Part shown: one piece after another, positions 1 through 8,888 of the stretch
Layout of the letters: every line of letters begins with the position of its first letter
How positions within the stretch are numbered: the stretch's first letter is position 1
Source: Clostridiales bacterium
Lineage (GTDB): Bacteria > Bacillota > Clostridia > Christensenellales > UBA1242
DNA: 64,000 nucleotides
Reading direction: 5' to 3'
Assembly: GCA_015069415.1 (NCBI GenBank)
Contig: SVIQ01000001.1
Coordinates: forward strand, 11,860-75,859
Made by a program: the position numbers and the translations under genes
The notes under the pieces: generated by a model
Told to the model about the DNA's origin: nothing
Seen by the model: the letters and a program-made list of their open reading frames with translations, nothing else
Databases searched by the model: none

Positions 1-302
1 GCTAAGGCAACTGCAAACACATAATATGGCCAAAATTGATTACTGCTCCAGTCCCAAAATGTTTTACCAAAATATGCTAGCATGTTGAGTATTCCACATA
101 AAAACAAAATACACCCAAAGAACATACTGCTGTCAATTTTATAGTTAAATGCCCTGGCAATTAAAAGCAATCCTATCAAAATCAATGTAACAGCAAAACT
201 TATTCTAAAAAACGGAAAATCAATCGGAAGTAAATCCAAAACAAAACATGCAAGGTTAACTAAAAGAACTGTATAGTATAAAATCTTAGACTTTTTGCCC
301 AT
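1..302 (-). CDS. hypothetical multi-pass membrane protein, 3' end cut by window edge
   Basis: Not in ORF track (no stop in window). ATG at 302-300 is preceded by AAGGAG (rc of 308-313). The frame is open to position 1: MGKKSKILYYTVLLVNLACFVLDLLPIDFPFF..., hydrophobic. The start overlaps the lgt stop by 17 nt. Confidence 0.55.
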   Translation of the reverse strand, partial: MGKKSKILYYTVLLVNLACFVLDLLPIDFPFFRISFAVTLILIGLLLIARAFNYKIDSSMFFGCILFLCGILNMLAYFGKTFWDWSSNQFWPYYVFAVAL

Positions 303-1113
303 TTTTTCTCCTTTTTATAATGTTATAGGTAATGATAACTATTCCTACTACTACAAGTAAAGAACTTAATAGTTGCGAAACTCTAATTCCAGAATTTCCA
401 ACAAACAACGAATCAGATCTTAGCCCTTCAATCAATGTTCTGCCAATCCCGTACCAAACCAAATAAAATCCAGTCGTCGTTCCTTTTTCTTTTGATTTAT
501 TGTAGACAATTAAAAGCAATACTAAACCAATTAAATTCCAAAGACTTTCGTAGAAGAATGTGGCTTGATACCATGCTTGTTCAGCTTCAATAAACACTGC
601 ATAAGGAAACCATTGAAGTTTTGAATTAGTAACCAAATTTCCGTATGCCTCTTGATTAAAGAAATTGCCCCATCTTCCCATTGCTTGACCTAAAATTAAA
701 CAAGGGACGCAAATGTCAAACAAATCAATTATAAGTTTAAAATTCTTTTTAATTAAACAAAAAATTAAAATGCCAATTACTCCACCGATAACTCCACCAT
801 AAATTGCAAGACCTCCTTGCTTTATGTTGAAAAGTTCACTAAATGTGTAATTGTAATCTGAAAATATGCAGTAATAAAGTCTCGCCCCAACAACAGCACA
901 CGGCAAAACTATTAACGCGAGGAAAAAAATGTCATCGATAGAGACTCCTCTCTTTTTTGCAAGTCTGCAAGCAAGTAGTATCCCCACCAGCATAGAAAAA
1001 GCCATAATCAAGCCATAAAACCTGATTTCAAAATTTCCTATAAAAAATCCTGCAGGAGGAATGTAATACGTCTTCATTTCCCTTATTATAGAAAACGGCA
1101 GAAAAAAAATCAA
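286..1113 (-). CDS. lgt: prolipoprotein diacylglyceryl transferase
   Basis: Polytopic membrane protein with the Lgt signature GRWGNFFNQEAYG and a YGGVIGG stretch. The start is uncertain: TTG at 1113 or ATG at 1077 (MKTYYIPP...). Confidence 0.85.
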   Translation of the reverse strand: MIFFLPFSIIREMKTYYIPPAGFFIGNFEIRFYGLIMAFSMLVGILLACRLAKKRGVSIDDIFFLALIVLPCAVVGARLYYCIFSDYNYTFSELFNIKQGGLAIYGGVIGGVIGILIFCLIKKNFKLIIDLFDICVPCLILGQAMGRWGNFFNQEAYGNLVTNSKLQWFPYAVFIEAEQAWYQATFFYESLWNLIGLVLLLIVYNKSKEKGTTTGFYLVWYGIGRTLIEGLRSDSLFVGNSGIRVSQLLSSLLVVVGIVIITYNIIKRRKNGQKV

Positions 1114-1190
1114 GCAAAATTATAGGAGATTTAGTCGAAATTTCTTTAAAATTTTTAGCAAAAGATTTTCGCATTGCATAATTATTTCAT

Positions 1191-2453
1191 ATGGAATATT
1201 TTGGAACAGACGGCATAAGATTGCCAGTAAAATCTTTTAAGTACACTTTTTTTAAAAAAGTCGCTAAAGCCATTGCACTTTATTTTAATGAAAAGGATTT
1301 AACTCCCACTCTGCTCGTTGGCAACGACGGAAGAATTTCATCTGATTTTATCCTTAGTTCTTTGGAAAGCTCGTTGCTTTCTTTGGGCGTAAAAGTTGAA
1401 AATGTTGGAACTTGTTCTAGTCCTTGTTTAGCTTTTTTAACAAAAAAACACAAATATCCTTTAGGACTTATGATTACAGCCTCTCACAACAACTCTAATT
1501 TTAATGGTTTAAAATTTTTTAACACATTAGGTGAAAAAGTTGGTGATGATTTTGAATCACATTTTGAAGATTTAATGAAATCTAAAAAAAGAATTAAACT
1601 TAAATTCGAAAAACGAAAACAATCTGAAGATTTAGTCAATGATTATATCCGCCACCTAAAAAGATTAAAGAAAAACAACATTAATTGCATCTTTGATTGC
1701 GCTTTTGGTGGAACTAGTGAAATCGTTAAACAACTATTTCCAAAGCATAGAATAATTAACGCTAATCCAAATGGTACAAATATTAACGAAAACGCAGGTT
1801 GTACACAAATAAAAATGCTTCAAAAAGTGTGCATTAAAGAAAAGAAAATAGGTTTTGCTTTTGATGGAGATGGCGACAGAGTTTTTTGTGTAGATGAAAA
1901 AGGTGAGATTTTAGAAGGCGATGATTTGCTTTTTATTTTATCTAACATTTACTTAAATCAAGGAGACAAATTAGTTGGAACAATTTACACAAACTCCGCA
2001 CTCGAAAAAAGTTTAACAAAGAGAGGAATGGAATTAATAAGAGTACCTGTTGGAGACAAAGAAATTAGTAAAAAAATGAATGAAATCAACTCTTCTTTAG
2101 GTGGAGAAAATTCTGGACACATAATTTTAAAACCATTCACTCCAACTGGCGACGGACTTTTAATTTCTATTCTTATTTGCAACATTATGCAGATTACTAA
2201 AAAATCTCTAAATGAATTGGTTTCAAATTTTAAAAAAAACTTCATTTCTCGTGCTAGTTTAAGTTACAACAATCTTGATTTAGATAAATTGTTATCTGAC
2301 ATTAAAAATTCTCAGTTTTCTTCACGCGTAATAACAAGGAAAAGCGGAACAGAGCCGGTTTTAAGAGTGTTTGTTGAAAATGAGGACATGGAAACAGCAA
2401 AAAAAGAATTTAATGAAATCTTAAATCTTTACAATAAATCCCTAAATTTTTAA
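1191..2453 (+). CDS. glmM: phosphoglucosamine mutase / phosphohexomutase family
   Basis: Active-site TASHNN (phospho-Ser loop), metal loop FDGDGDR, GGENSGH, and C-terminal RKSGTEPVLRV. Confidence 0.8.
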   Translation: MEYFGTDGIRLPVKSFKYTFFKKVAKAIALYFNEKDLTPTLLVGNDGRISSDFILSSLESSLLSLGVKVENVGTCSSPCLAFLTKKHKYPLGLMITASHNNSNFNGLKFFNTLGEKVGDDFESHFEDLMKSKKRIKLKFEKRKQSEDLVNDYIRHLKRLKKNNINCIFDCAFGGTSEIVKQLFPKHRIINANPNGTNINENAGCTQIKMLQKVCIKEKKIGFAFDGDGDRVFCVDEKGEILEGDDLLFILSNIYLNQGDKLVGTIYTNSALEKSLTKRGMELIRVPVGDKEISKKMNEINSSLGGENSGHIILKPFTPTGDGLLISILICNIMQITKKSLNELVSNFKKNFISRASLSYNNLDLDKLLSDIKNSQFSSRVITRKSGTEPVLRVFVENEDMETAKKEFNEILNLYNKSLNF

Positions 2454-2496
2454 GAAAATATTTTGTTCTTTTTTCTAAATATGATATAATTAAATT

Positions 2497-3162
2497 ATGA
2501 ACTATTTTATTACAGAAGATTGGAGCGAAAAATTAAGTAACCGCTTCCCTATTGAATACAAACGCGAATTATTTACATGGTTAGAGAGTGAATACGCATC
2601 TAAAACTGTTTTCCCTCCAAAAGAAAAAGTTTTTAACGCTTTAAATTTATGTGAATTAAAAGACGCTAAAGTTGTGATTATTGGGCAAGACCCTTATCAC
2701 ACACTTGGACAAGCAGATGGTCTTGCATTTAGTTGCCACAACGGAACACCACAACCAAGTTTAAAAAATATCTTTAAAGAAATTAATGAAGACTTAGGTT
2801 TGTCTATGAGCGGAAGTACAGACCTAACTCCTTGGGCAAAGCAAGGTGTAATCCTTTTAAACACTAGCCTAACCGTCATTGAGCACATGCCTGCAAGCCA
2901 CTCAAACAAGCTTTGGCACACTTTCACAACTGAAATTGTTAAAATTTTAAATGAAACTAATCAACCCATTGTCTTTATGCTCTGGGGAAATCATGCAAAA
3001 TCCTTCTTGCCAATTCTAAACAACCCTAACCATTTAATTTTAACAAGCGCACACCCTAGTCCATTTTCTGCATACAACGGATTTTTCGGATGTCGTCATT
3101 TCAGCAAATGCAACGAATTTTTAGTTTCAAAAGGAATTACACCTATCGACTGGAAATTATAA
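2497..3162 (+). CDS. ung: uracil-DNA glycosylase
   Basis: GQDPYH water-activating loop, HPSPFSA C-terminal motif, about 220 aa. Confidence 0.9.
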   Translation: MNYFITEDWSEKLSNRFPIEYKRELFTWLESEYASKTVFPPKEKVFNALNLCELKDAKVVIIGQDPYHTLGQADGLAFSCHNGTPQPSLKNIFKEINEDLGLSMSGSTDLTPWAKQGVILLNTSLTVIEHMPASHSNKLWHTFTTEIVKILNETNQPIVFMLWGNHAKSFLPILNNPNHLILTSAHPSPFSAYNGFFGCRHFSKCNEFLVSKGITPIDWKL

Positions 3163-3179
3163 AATTTTGCATATTTTAG

Positions 3180-3208
3180 TTGACAAGTAAAAAACTTTGA
3201 CTTATAAT
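3180..3208 (+). promoter_or_regulatory. sigma-A type promoter of the ileS leader
   Basis: TTGACA (3180-3185), 17-nt spacer, TATAAT (3203-3208). Confidence 0.7.
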
Positions 3209-3215
3209 GAAAACA

Positions 3216-3278
3216 ATGTTAGAACTTATTTTAGCAATTATTATTATAGGACACATCGTTTTACCTATCAAGCTATAG
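3216..3278 (+). CDS. putative leaderless Ile-rich leader mini-ORF (MLELILAIIIIGHIVLPIKL)
   Basis: ATG lies 7 nt after the -10 hexamer and has no SD. 7 of 20 codons are Ile, including ATT ATT ATT ATA at 3237-3248. It is followed by the terminator at 3305-3332. Confidence 0.35.
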   Translation: MLELILAIIIIGHIVLPIKL

Positions 3279-3304
3279 GCATGCGTTTTGCTGTAATAAT
3301 AAAA

Positions 3305-3332
3305 ATGTCAGCACACGCGCTGACATTTTTTT
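3305..3332 (+). terminator. intrinsic terminator / attenuator between the ileS promoter and the ileS SD
   Basis: Stem ATGTCAGC/GCTGACAT (3305-3312 / 3319-3326) followed by a T7 run. The ileS SD AAGGAG is at 3348-3353. Confidence 0.8.
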
Positions 3333-3358
3333 AAAATAATTTTTAATAAGGAGAAATT

Positions 3359-6300
3359 ATGAAAAAAGAATTAGGAAATCCAAATTTTGTCGAACTAGAA
3401 CACAATGTTCTAAAATTTTGGAAAGAAAATGATTGTTTTGAAAAACTAAGAAAACAAAACGAAAACAACGAACGCTTTAAGTTCTTGGACGGCCCTGCTA
3501 CTGCAAACAACCGTTTAGGAATTCACCATTTCTGGGGACGTACAATTAAAGATTCTGTGATTCGTTACAACGCTCTTAAAGGACGTGATTGTCAGTATCA
3601 AAACGGTTTTGACGCTCAAGGACTTTGGGTTGAAGTTAACGTTGAAAAAGAATTAGGTCTTAACGGAAAACCTGAAATTTTAAAGTACGGAATTGACAAC
3701 TTCACTAACAAATGTATGGAAAGAGTTAACTACTTCGGAAGCGAAATGACAAATCAAAGTATTCGTATGGGTCAATGGATGGATTGGGACAATTCTTACT
3801 ACACCAACACAGACGAAAACATTACTTCAATTTGGCATTTCTTGAAAAAGTGTGATTCTAATGGTTGGATTATTAGAAAAAATCGTCCTATGGCATGGTG
3901 CCCTAGATGTGGAACTAGTTTAAGTGAACATGAAATGAGTTCATCTTATCACGAAGTTGAGCACACTGCAATTTTTGCTAAATTCCCAGTTAAAAATAAA
4001 GACTTTAAAATTGTTGCTTGGACAACTACTCCATGGACATTGAGTGCAAACACTGCTCTTGCTGTTAACCCTGAATTTGATTACGCACTAGTTAACTTCC
4101 ACGGCGAAAAATTAGTTTTAGGAAAAGATAGATTATCTATTTTAAAAGAAGAAGTTGAGATCGTTGACACATTTAAAGGTAGCGAACTTGTTGGTCTTAC
4201 TTACGAAACATGTTTCCCAGAACTTAGCGAGCAACAATACGAGCACAAAGTTGTTGCTTGGGATATGGTTGACAACAAAGAAGGAACTTGTGTTGTTCAT
4301 ATCGCTCCAGGTTGTGGTGCTGAAGACTTCGAATTGGGAGTATCTCTTGGACTCCCTGAGTACTGCCCTATCAACGAACAAGGCGTTATGCTTGAAAACA
4401 CAGGCTTCTTAGCAGGACACAAAACAACTGAAGTTGTTGAACTTGTTGTAAACAGACTCAAAGAAGACAACAAATTATTGTATTCTCACAAATATAAACA
4501 CAGTTATCCTTACTGCTGGAGATGTAAAACTGATTTAGTTTACAGATTAATCTCAGCATGGTTCATTAAAATGGACGACATTCGTCCACTTGCATTAAAT
4601 GCAATTCAAGATGTCGAATTTAAGCCAGAATACGCTAAAAAAAGAATGACTGACTGGTTAAACAACATGGGAGATTGGAACATTTCAAGAAATCGTTTCT
4701 ATGGACTTCCTTTACCTTTCTATGTTTGTGAAAAATGTGGAAAAGTGCATGTAATCGGCTCTTTAAATGAACTCAAAGAAAAAGCCGTTGACCCAAGCCT
4801 TGTTGACAAACTTCCTAACATTCATCGTCCATGGATTGACGACATTAAAATCAAATGTGAATGTGGAGAAATCTGCTCACGTATCCCAGACGTTGGTGAC
4901 GTATGGCTAGATGCAGGTATTACTCCATTTAGTACTAAAAAATACTTCACAGACAAAGAATTCTTCGAAAAGAACTTCCCTAATGATTATGTTTGTGAAA
5001 TGATTGAACAAATCAAACTCTGGTTCTACTCTCTTCTTGTTATGAGCGTAGTTTTAACCGGAAAAGCTCCTTATAAAAAATTAGTAACATACCAATATGT
5101 TCGTGATGAAAACGGTGGAGAATTCCACAAGAGCGGAGGAAACTCTCTTGAAGCCGACCACGTTGCAGACAAAGTTGGTGCAGACGTTGTAAGATATTTA
5201 TTCTCTTCAACAAGCCCTACTCTTGACATGCGTTTTGGTTACTCTTTAACTGATGAAACTAGAAGAAAATTAATTGCATTCTGGAACATTTACACATTCT
5301 TTAACACTTACGCTTGCATTGACAATCCAGACCTAGCCCACTTCACTCCAAAGACTGAAGACTTAACGACAAGCGACAAATGGTTAATCGAATCAATCAA
5401 CAAATTCAATGCCGAATCAGACAAACTTTACGCCGACGACAAACAATATGCCGTTGTTAAAATGTTTGAAAAATTAGTTGATGACATTTCAAATTTCTAC
5501 ATTCGTTCAAACAGAAAACGTTTCTGGAAGTCTGAAGACAAAAATGACCAAATGACAGCTTACTGGTGCTTATATCAAGCAATCAAGTCTATGATTAGAG
5601 TTATGAGTCCTATTACTCCATTCTTAAGCGAACATATCTGGCAAAATCTTGTTAGAGAAATTGAAAAAGACGAAAAATTATGCGTTATGATGAGCGGTTT
5701 CCCAACAAGCATTTACCCTGAAAGTTTTGGCGATATTGTTGAACTTACTGATTATGCTAGAAACATCATTTCAAGTGCTCAAAGACTTAGAAATGAAAAT
5801 CAAATTAAGATTAAGCAACCGCTTAAAACAATGTTTGTAAACGGAAAAGAAAATGTTAAAGATGCAGTTGCTCTCTACCGCGACATTATTGAAAGCGAAC
5901 TTAACATTAAAAATATTGTAATTGAAAATGACAATTCTAAATTTAACATTGAATTCTTAAATCTTGATTTCCGTAAAGCCGGTGCAGTTCTTAAAGGTGA
6001 TGTTCAAAAAGTTAAAAATATGTTAACTAACGCAACAGAAGAAGAAATGGCTAAAATGGTTGAAGGTTTCAAATCTGGAACTGTTCAAGTTGGAGAATTC
6101 TCACTTGCGAGTGACTTGTTTACATTGAACGCAAAAGCAAAACAAGACTACGTAATTGCTACTGAAAATGACATTACTGTTGTTCTTGACATTACAATCG
6201 ACAGAGACCTAATGCTTGAAGGACTTATGAGAGAATTGGTTCGTTCTGCGCAAGTTATGAGAAAGACTGCAAACTTCAACATTGAAGATAGAATTACTCT

Positions 6301-6466
6301 TGAATTTGTTACAGACAGCTCTGATTTGAATGAAGTTTTAACAAAATTCGAAAACAGAATTAAGTCAGAATTACTTGCAACTTCAATCACTTCAATCGAA
6401 AATCCAGAATACGAAGAAATAGTTGAAATTCAAGACGAAAAAATTACAATAAAAATGAAAAGATAA
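3359..6466 (+). CDS. ileS: isoleucyl-tRNA synthetase, long (type-2-like) form
   Basis: 1035 aa class I aaRS. HIGH region reads PATANNRLGIHHFWGR. CP1 editing domain and Zn-type CxxC pairs are present. The KMSKS position reads EFHKS. Confidence 0.9.
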   Translation: MKKELGNPNFVELEHNVLKFWKENDCFEKLRKQNENNERFKFLDGPATANNRLGIHHFWGRTIKDSVIRYNALKGRDCQYQNGFDAQGLWVEVNVEKELGLNGKPEILKYGIDNFTNKCMERVNYFGSEMTNQSIRMGQWMDWDNSYYTNTDENITSIWHFLKKCDSNGWIIRKNRPMAWCPRCGTSLSEHEMSSSYHEVEHTAIFAKFPVKNKDFKIVAWTTTPWTLSANTALAVNPEFDYALVNFHGEKLVLGKDRLSILKEEVEIVDTFKGSELVGLTYETCFPELSEQQYEHKVVAWDMVDNKEGTCVVHIAPGCGAEDFELGVSLGLPEYCPINEQGVMLENTGFLAGHKTTEVVELVVNRLKEDNKLLYSHKYKHSYPYCWRCKTDLVYRLISAWFIKMDDIRPLALNAIQDVEFKPEYAKKRMTDWLNNMGDWNISRNRFYGLPLPFYVCEKCGKVHVIGSLNELKEKAVDPSLVDKLPNIHRPWIDDIKIKCECGEICSRIPDVGDVWLDAGITPFSTKKYFTDKEFFEKNFPNDYVCEMIEQIKLWFYSLLVMSVVLTGKAPYKKLVTYQYVRDENGGEFHKSGGNSLEADHVADKVGADVVRYLFSSTSPTLDMRFGYSLTDETRRKLIAFWNIYTFFNTYACIDNPDLAHFTPKTEDLTTSDKWLIESINKFNAESDKLYADDKQYAVVKMFEKLVDDISNFYIRSNRKRFWKSEDKNDQMTAYWCLYQAIKSMIRVMSPITPFLSEHIWQNLVREIEKDEKLCVMMSGFPTSIYPESFGDIVELTDYARNIISSAQRLRNENQIKIKQPLKTMFVNGKENVKDAVALYRDIIESELNIKNIVIENDNSKFNIEFLNLDFRKAGAVLKGDVQKVKNMLTNATEEEMAKMVEGFKSGTVQVGEFSLASDLFTLNAKAKQDYVIATENDITVVLDITIDRDLMLEGLMRELVRSAQVMRKTANFNIEDRITLEFVTDSSDLNEVLTKFENRIKSELLATSITSIENPEYEEIVEIQDEKITIKMKR

Positions 6467-6470
6467 TTGA

Positions 6471-6500
6471 AAAAATCGCAATAAAATGCGATTTTTTTTG
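6471..6500 (+). terminator. ileS terminator
   Basis: AATCGCA/TGCGATT hairpin followed by a T-run. Confidence 0.8.
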
Positions 6501-6570
6501 TTTTTTAATTAAAAATTTTTTATATTTTTTTAAAAAAATAATATAAGTAATAAATAAATTAATAATTAAC

Positions 6571-6597
6571 AAAAAAGAAGGAATTCCTTCTTTTTTT
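6571..6597. terminator. bidirectional hairpin; terminator of the 6604-7884 gene
   Basis: The palindrome AGAAGGAATTCCTTCT is flanked by an A-run and a T-run. Confidence 0.75.
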
Positions 6598-6603
6598 AGT
6601 ATT

Positions 6604-7884
6604 TTATGGTTTTGCTTCATTTTTCATTTCTTCGAAATAATCTCTCGCGATATATTGAGCCACTTCTAATATTTTTCTTACACTCAACGTTCCCATATAT
6701 TCAAGGTCTTTATTGTTTCTTCCATCGTAAAAATCAAATCCATCATTATGATTATAATAATATCTTCCATGCATTACAGAATTTCTTATTCTATTTATGT
6801 CAATACTAGGTTCATTAAATAAATTTTCTATGATATCCAATCTTTCAAAAGAGAACATTGAAAATAGTATGTTTGAAATTATTACAGTTTTAAATTTTCC
6901 TCCCAGATAAAAATATATTACATGTGTCATATCGTCGTTAGTAATGTCTGGAATATTTTTTGCCTCATCTATTATTGTTCTAAACAAATCCTCCAAACTT
7001 TTATATTTAGAACTTAAATTAATTAATGCTTTACCCGCATCAATTAAATCACACACAAGATTAAAGCAATTAAATTTATAAGGATATGACTTAAAAATAA
7101 AATTTGGCCTATATGGACTAGCCATACGTTTTCTTAAATCTTCATCGTGGAAAAATTTTCCTGCAAAAAAATGACTTAAAGTTTGTAATTGACGTTCGTC
7201 TAGATTTTCTTCATTCCCAGTTTCATTGTTTATTTCTTTAACATGCTTACTAATTTGTTCTGGAATAAGAACTCTTTGTTTTTTATTCTTTTGCTCAATC
7301 TTTATTCCATTAATCATTAAATCTGTAACGCAACCTTCTAAATCTGTCAGGTTACTCAAGCAAAGCATTATGAAAGCACTTAAATCTTCAAACCCAATTT
7401 TTATGTTATGTCTACTTGTAGATTTCCTAATTTGAGATTGAATATGAATGTTAAATTCTTCATCCATATACCAATTAGAAATAGTTTCTCTGTCGGTATT
7501 GTGCGCAAAGGACTCCCTAATTATTTTTAAGAGTTGCAAAGCATCTGTGTTTTTTTCAATTCCGTCTACATCAATTTTTGTCTTAATGCTTCTTAATTTG
7601 TTCTTTACTCTTTGAGAACTTGAATTTAGTCCAGCTTCTTCAACAATTTCATAAGCATAGCACGTTTGTTGCATCATAAAAGACAGTTGAGTATGTCTAA
7701 GAATATACTGTAATACCTGCTCTCTCGAAATATCCTCTGACGGCCATCGATTATACGATTGTAATGTGTCCTTCATTATTCTTAAAAAACTAATATGAGG
7801 TTGACTTTCCCATTCTTTAAAAGCTTTAAGAAATATAGTTTCCATTGATAAATTGTATCTATGAAAAAACTTTTTGTCTAACAT
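6604..7884 (-). CDS. hypothetical protein with two Rx4H (HEPN-like) motifs
   Basis: IIRESFAH (R123-H128, nt 7501-7518) and RIRNSVMHGR (R367-H372, nt 6769-6786). SD AGGAGG lies upstream, only 8 nt after the acpS stop. Otherwise helical and not recognisable. Confidence 0.5.
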   Translation of the reverse strand: MLDKKFFHRYNLSMETIFLKAFKEWESQPHISFLRIMKDTLQSYNRWPSEDISREQVLQYILRHTQLSFMMQQTCYAYEIVEEAGLNSSSQRVKNKLRSIKTKIDVDGIEKNTDALQLLKIIRESFAHNTDRETISNWYMDEEFNIHIQSQIRKSTSRHNIKIGFEDLSAFIMLCLSNLTDLEGCVTDLMINGIKIEQKNKKQRVLIPEQISKHVKEINNETGNEENLDERQLQTLSHFFAGKFFHDEDLRKRMASPYRPNFIFKSYPYKFNCFNLVCDLIDAGKALINLSSKYKSLEDLFRTIIDEAKNIPDITNDDMTHVIYFYLGGKFKTVIISNILFSMFSFERLDIIENLFNEPSIDINRIRNSVMHGRYYYNHNDGFDFYDGRNNKDLEYMGTLSVRKILEVAQYIARDYFEEMKNEAKP

Positions 7885-7892
7885 ATTTCCTC

Positions 7893-8237
7893 CTAATCTA
7901 TAAGCACAACCGCGGTTGCAAAATCTTTACAATGCGAAATTGAAACGTCAATTCTACTAACAAAATGTTCTTTTAAAATTGATTCAATGTATTTTGTTTT
8001 ATTTATATAAGGCTTTCCTGATTCTGTATGCAAAATTTCAATTTGGCTGTAAATAATATTTGTATCATCCAACGCTTTAACAAAAGCCTCTTTAGCACAA
8101 AAGAATCCGCAAATTCTTTCACTTTTATTTTCAAATTGATTGATATATTCAATCTCATTTTCACTAAAAATTCTTTTCAGTCCCTCTTCAGTCCAATGAT
8201 CAAATCTTGAAATATTTTCAATGTCAATTCCTATCAT
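7893..8237 (-). CDS. acpS: holo-[acyl-carrier-protein] synthase
   Basis: 114 aa, with N-terminal IGIDIENISRF, FCAKEAFVKAL and SISHCKDFATAVV. Confidence 0.85.
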   Translation of the reverse strand: MIGIDIENISRFDHWTEEGLKRIFSENEIEYINQFENKSERICGFFCAKEAFVKALDDTNIIYSQIEILHTESGKPYINKTKYIESILKEHFVSRIDVSISHCKDFATAVVLID

Positions 8238-8238
8238 T

Positions 8239-8847
8239 TTAATCTTCCTCCGTTTCTAAGTTAAGCAAATTTAATGTGTGTTTTACCGTGTCCCATCTGT
8301 AACCCATAGACAAAAGTCTACGAATTAATTTGTCGCAATTTTCTTTTGTTTTTTCTTTGTTTTTGAAAAACTTTCTTGCGTTGTTAAGACAACTTTCATC
8401 ATCATCAATTCCTTCCACACTTTCATCTAAAGTGTCGCCCTTAACACCAAATGACGCAAGCTTTTGCTTAACTTTGTTTTTACTAAAATTTGGATTGCTT
8501 CTGACATACATATCACTAAAGATTTTATCGTTAATAATACCATAATCTTTTAACTTAAAAACAACCTCATCTATTGTATCTTTTTTAAATTCTTTTTTGT
8601 AAAGATAATCTTTGATTTGTTTTTCAGTTTTTACATTCGAATTTATGTATTTTAAAGCCATGTTGTAAGCAATTAAATTTTCACTTTCCTTAACACTTTT
8701 AAAAAATAAATCGTCATCAATTTCACCTACTGACAATCCATTTTTTACGATTATATCACTAGCTAAAAGGTATTCTTCATCATTAGTTACAGCCACAAAA
8801 ACATTTGCATTTCTTTTGCTTTTTAATTTTAATCCTAAAATTTCCAT
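8239..8847 (-). CDS. recX: RecX-family regulatory protein
   Basis: About 200 aa with repeated three-helix RecX-like segments (KDYLYKKEF..IDEVVFKLKDYGIINDKIFSDMYVRS ... LIRRLLSMGYRWDTV). Confidence 0.65.
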   Translation of the reverse strand: MEILGLKLKSKRNANVFVAVTNDEEYLLASDIIVKNGLSVGEIDDDLFFKSVKESENLIAYNMALKYINSNVKTEKQIKDYLYKKEFKKDTIDEVVFKLKDYGIINDKIFSDMYVRSNPNFSKNKVKQKLASFGVKGDTLDESVEGIDDDESCLNNARKFFKNKEKTKENCDKLIRRLLSMGYRWDTVKHTLNLLNLETEED

Positions 8848-8888
8848 AAGCTTATTATATCATAATTTTATTTCTTTAACAATATTTT

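Noticed and set aside
3209-3332. Possible T-box riboswitch in front of ileS (and likewise in front of leuS, 59877-59994)
   Set aside because: Neither leader contains the conserved T-box sequence (AANNNGGGTGGNACCGCG / CGTCCCT) that is plainly present upstream of glyQS at 63076-63094. Both leaders are also only ~110-120 nt long.
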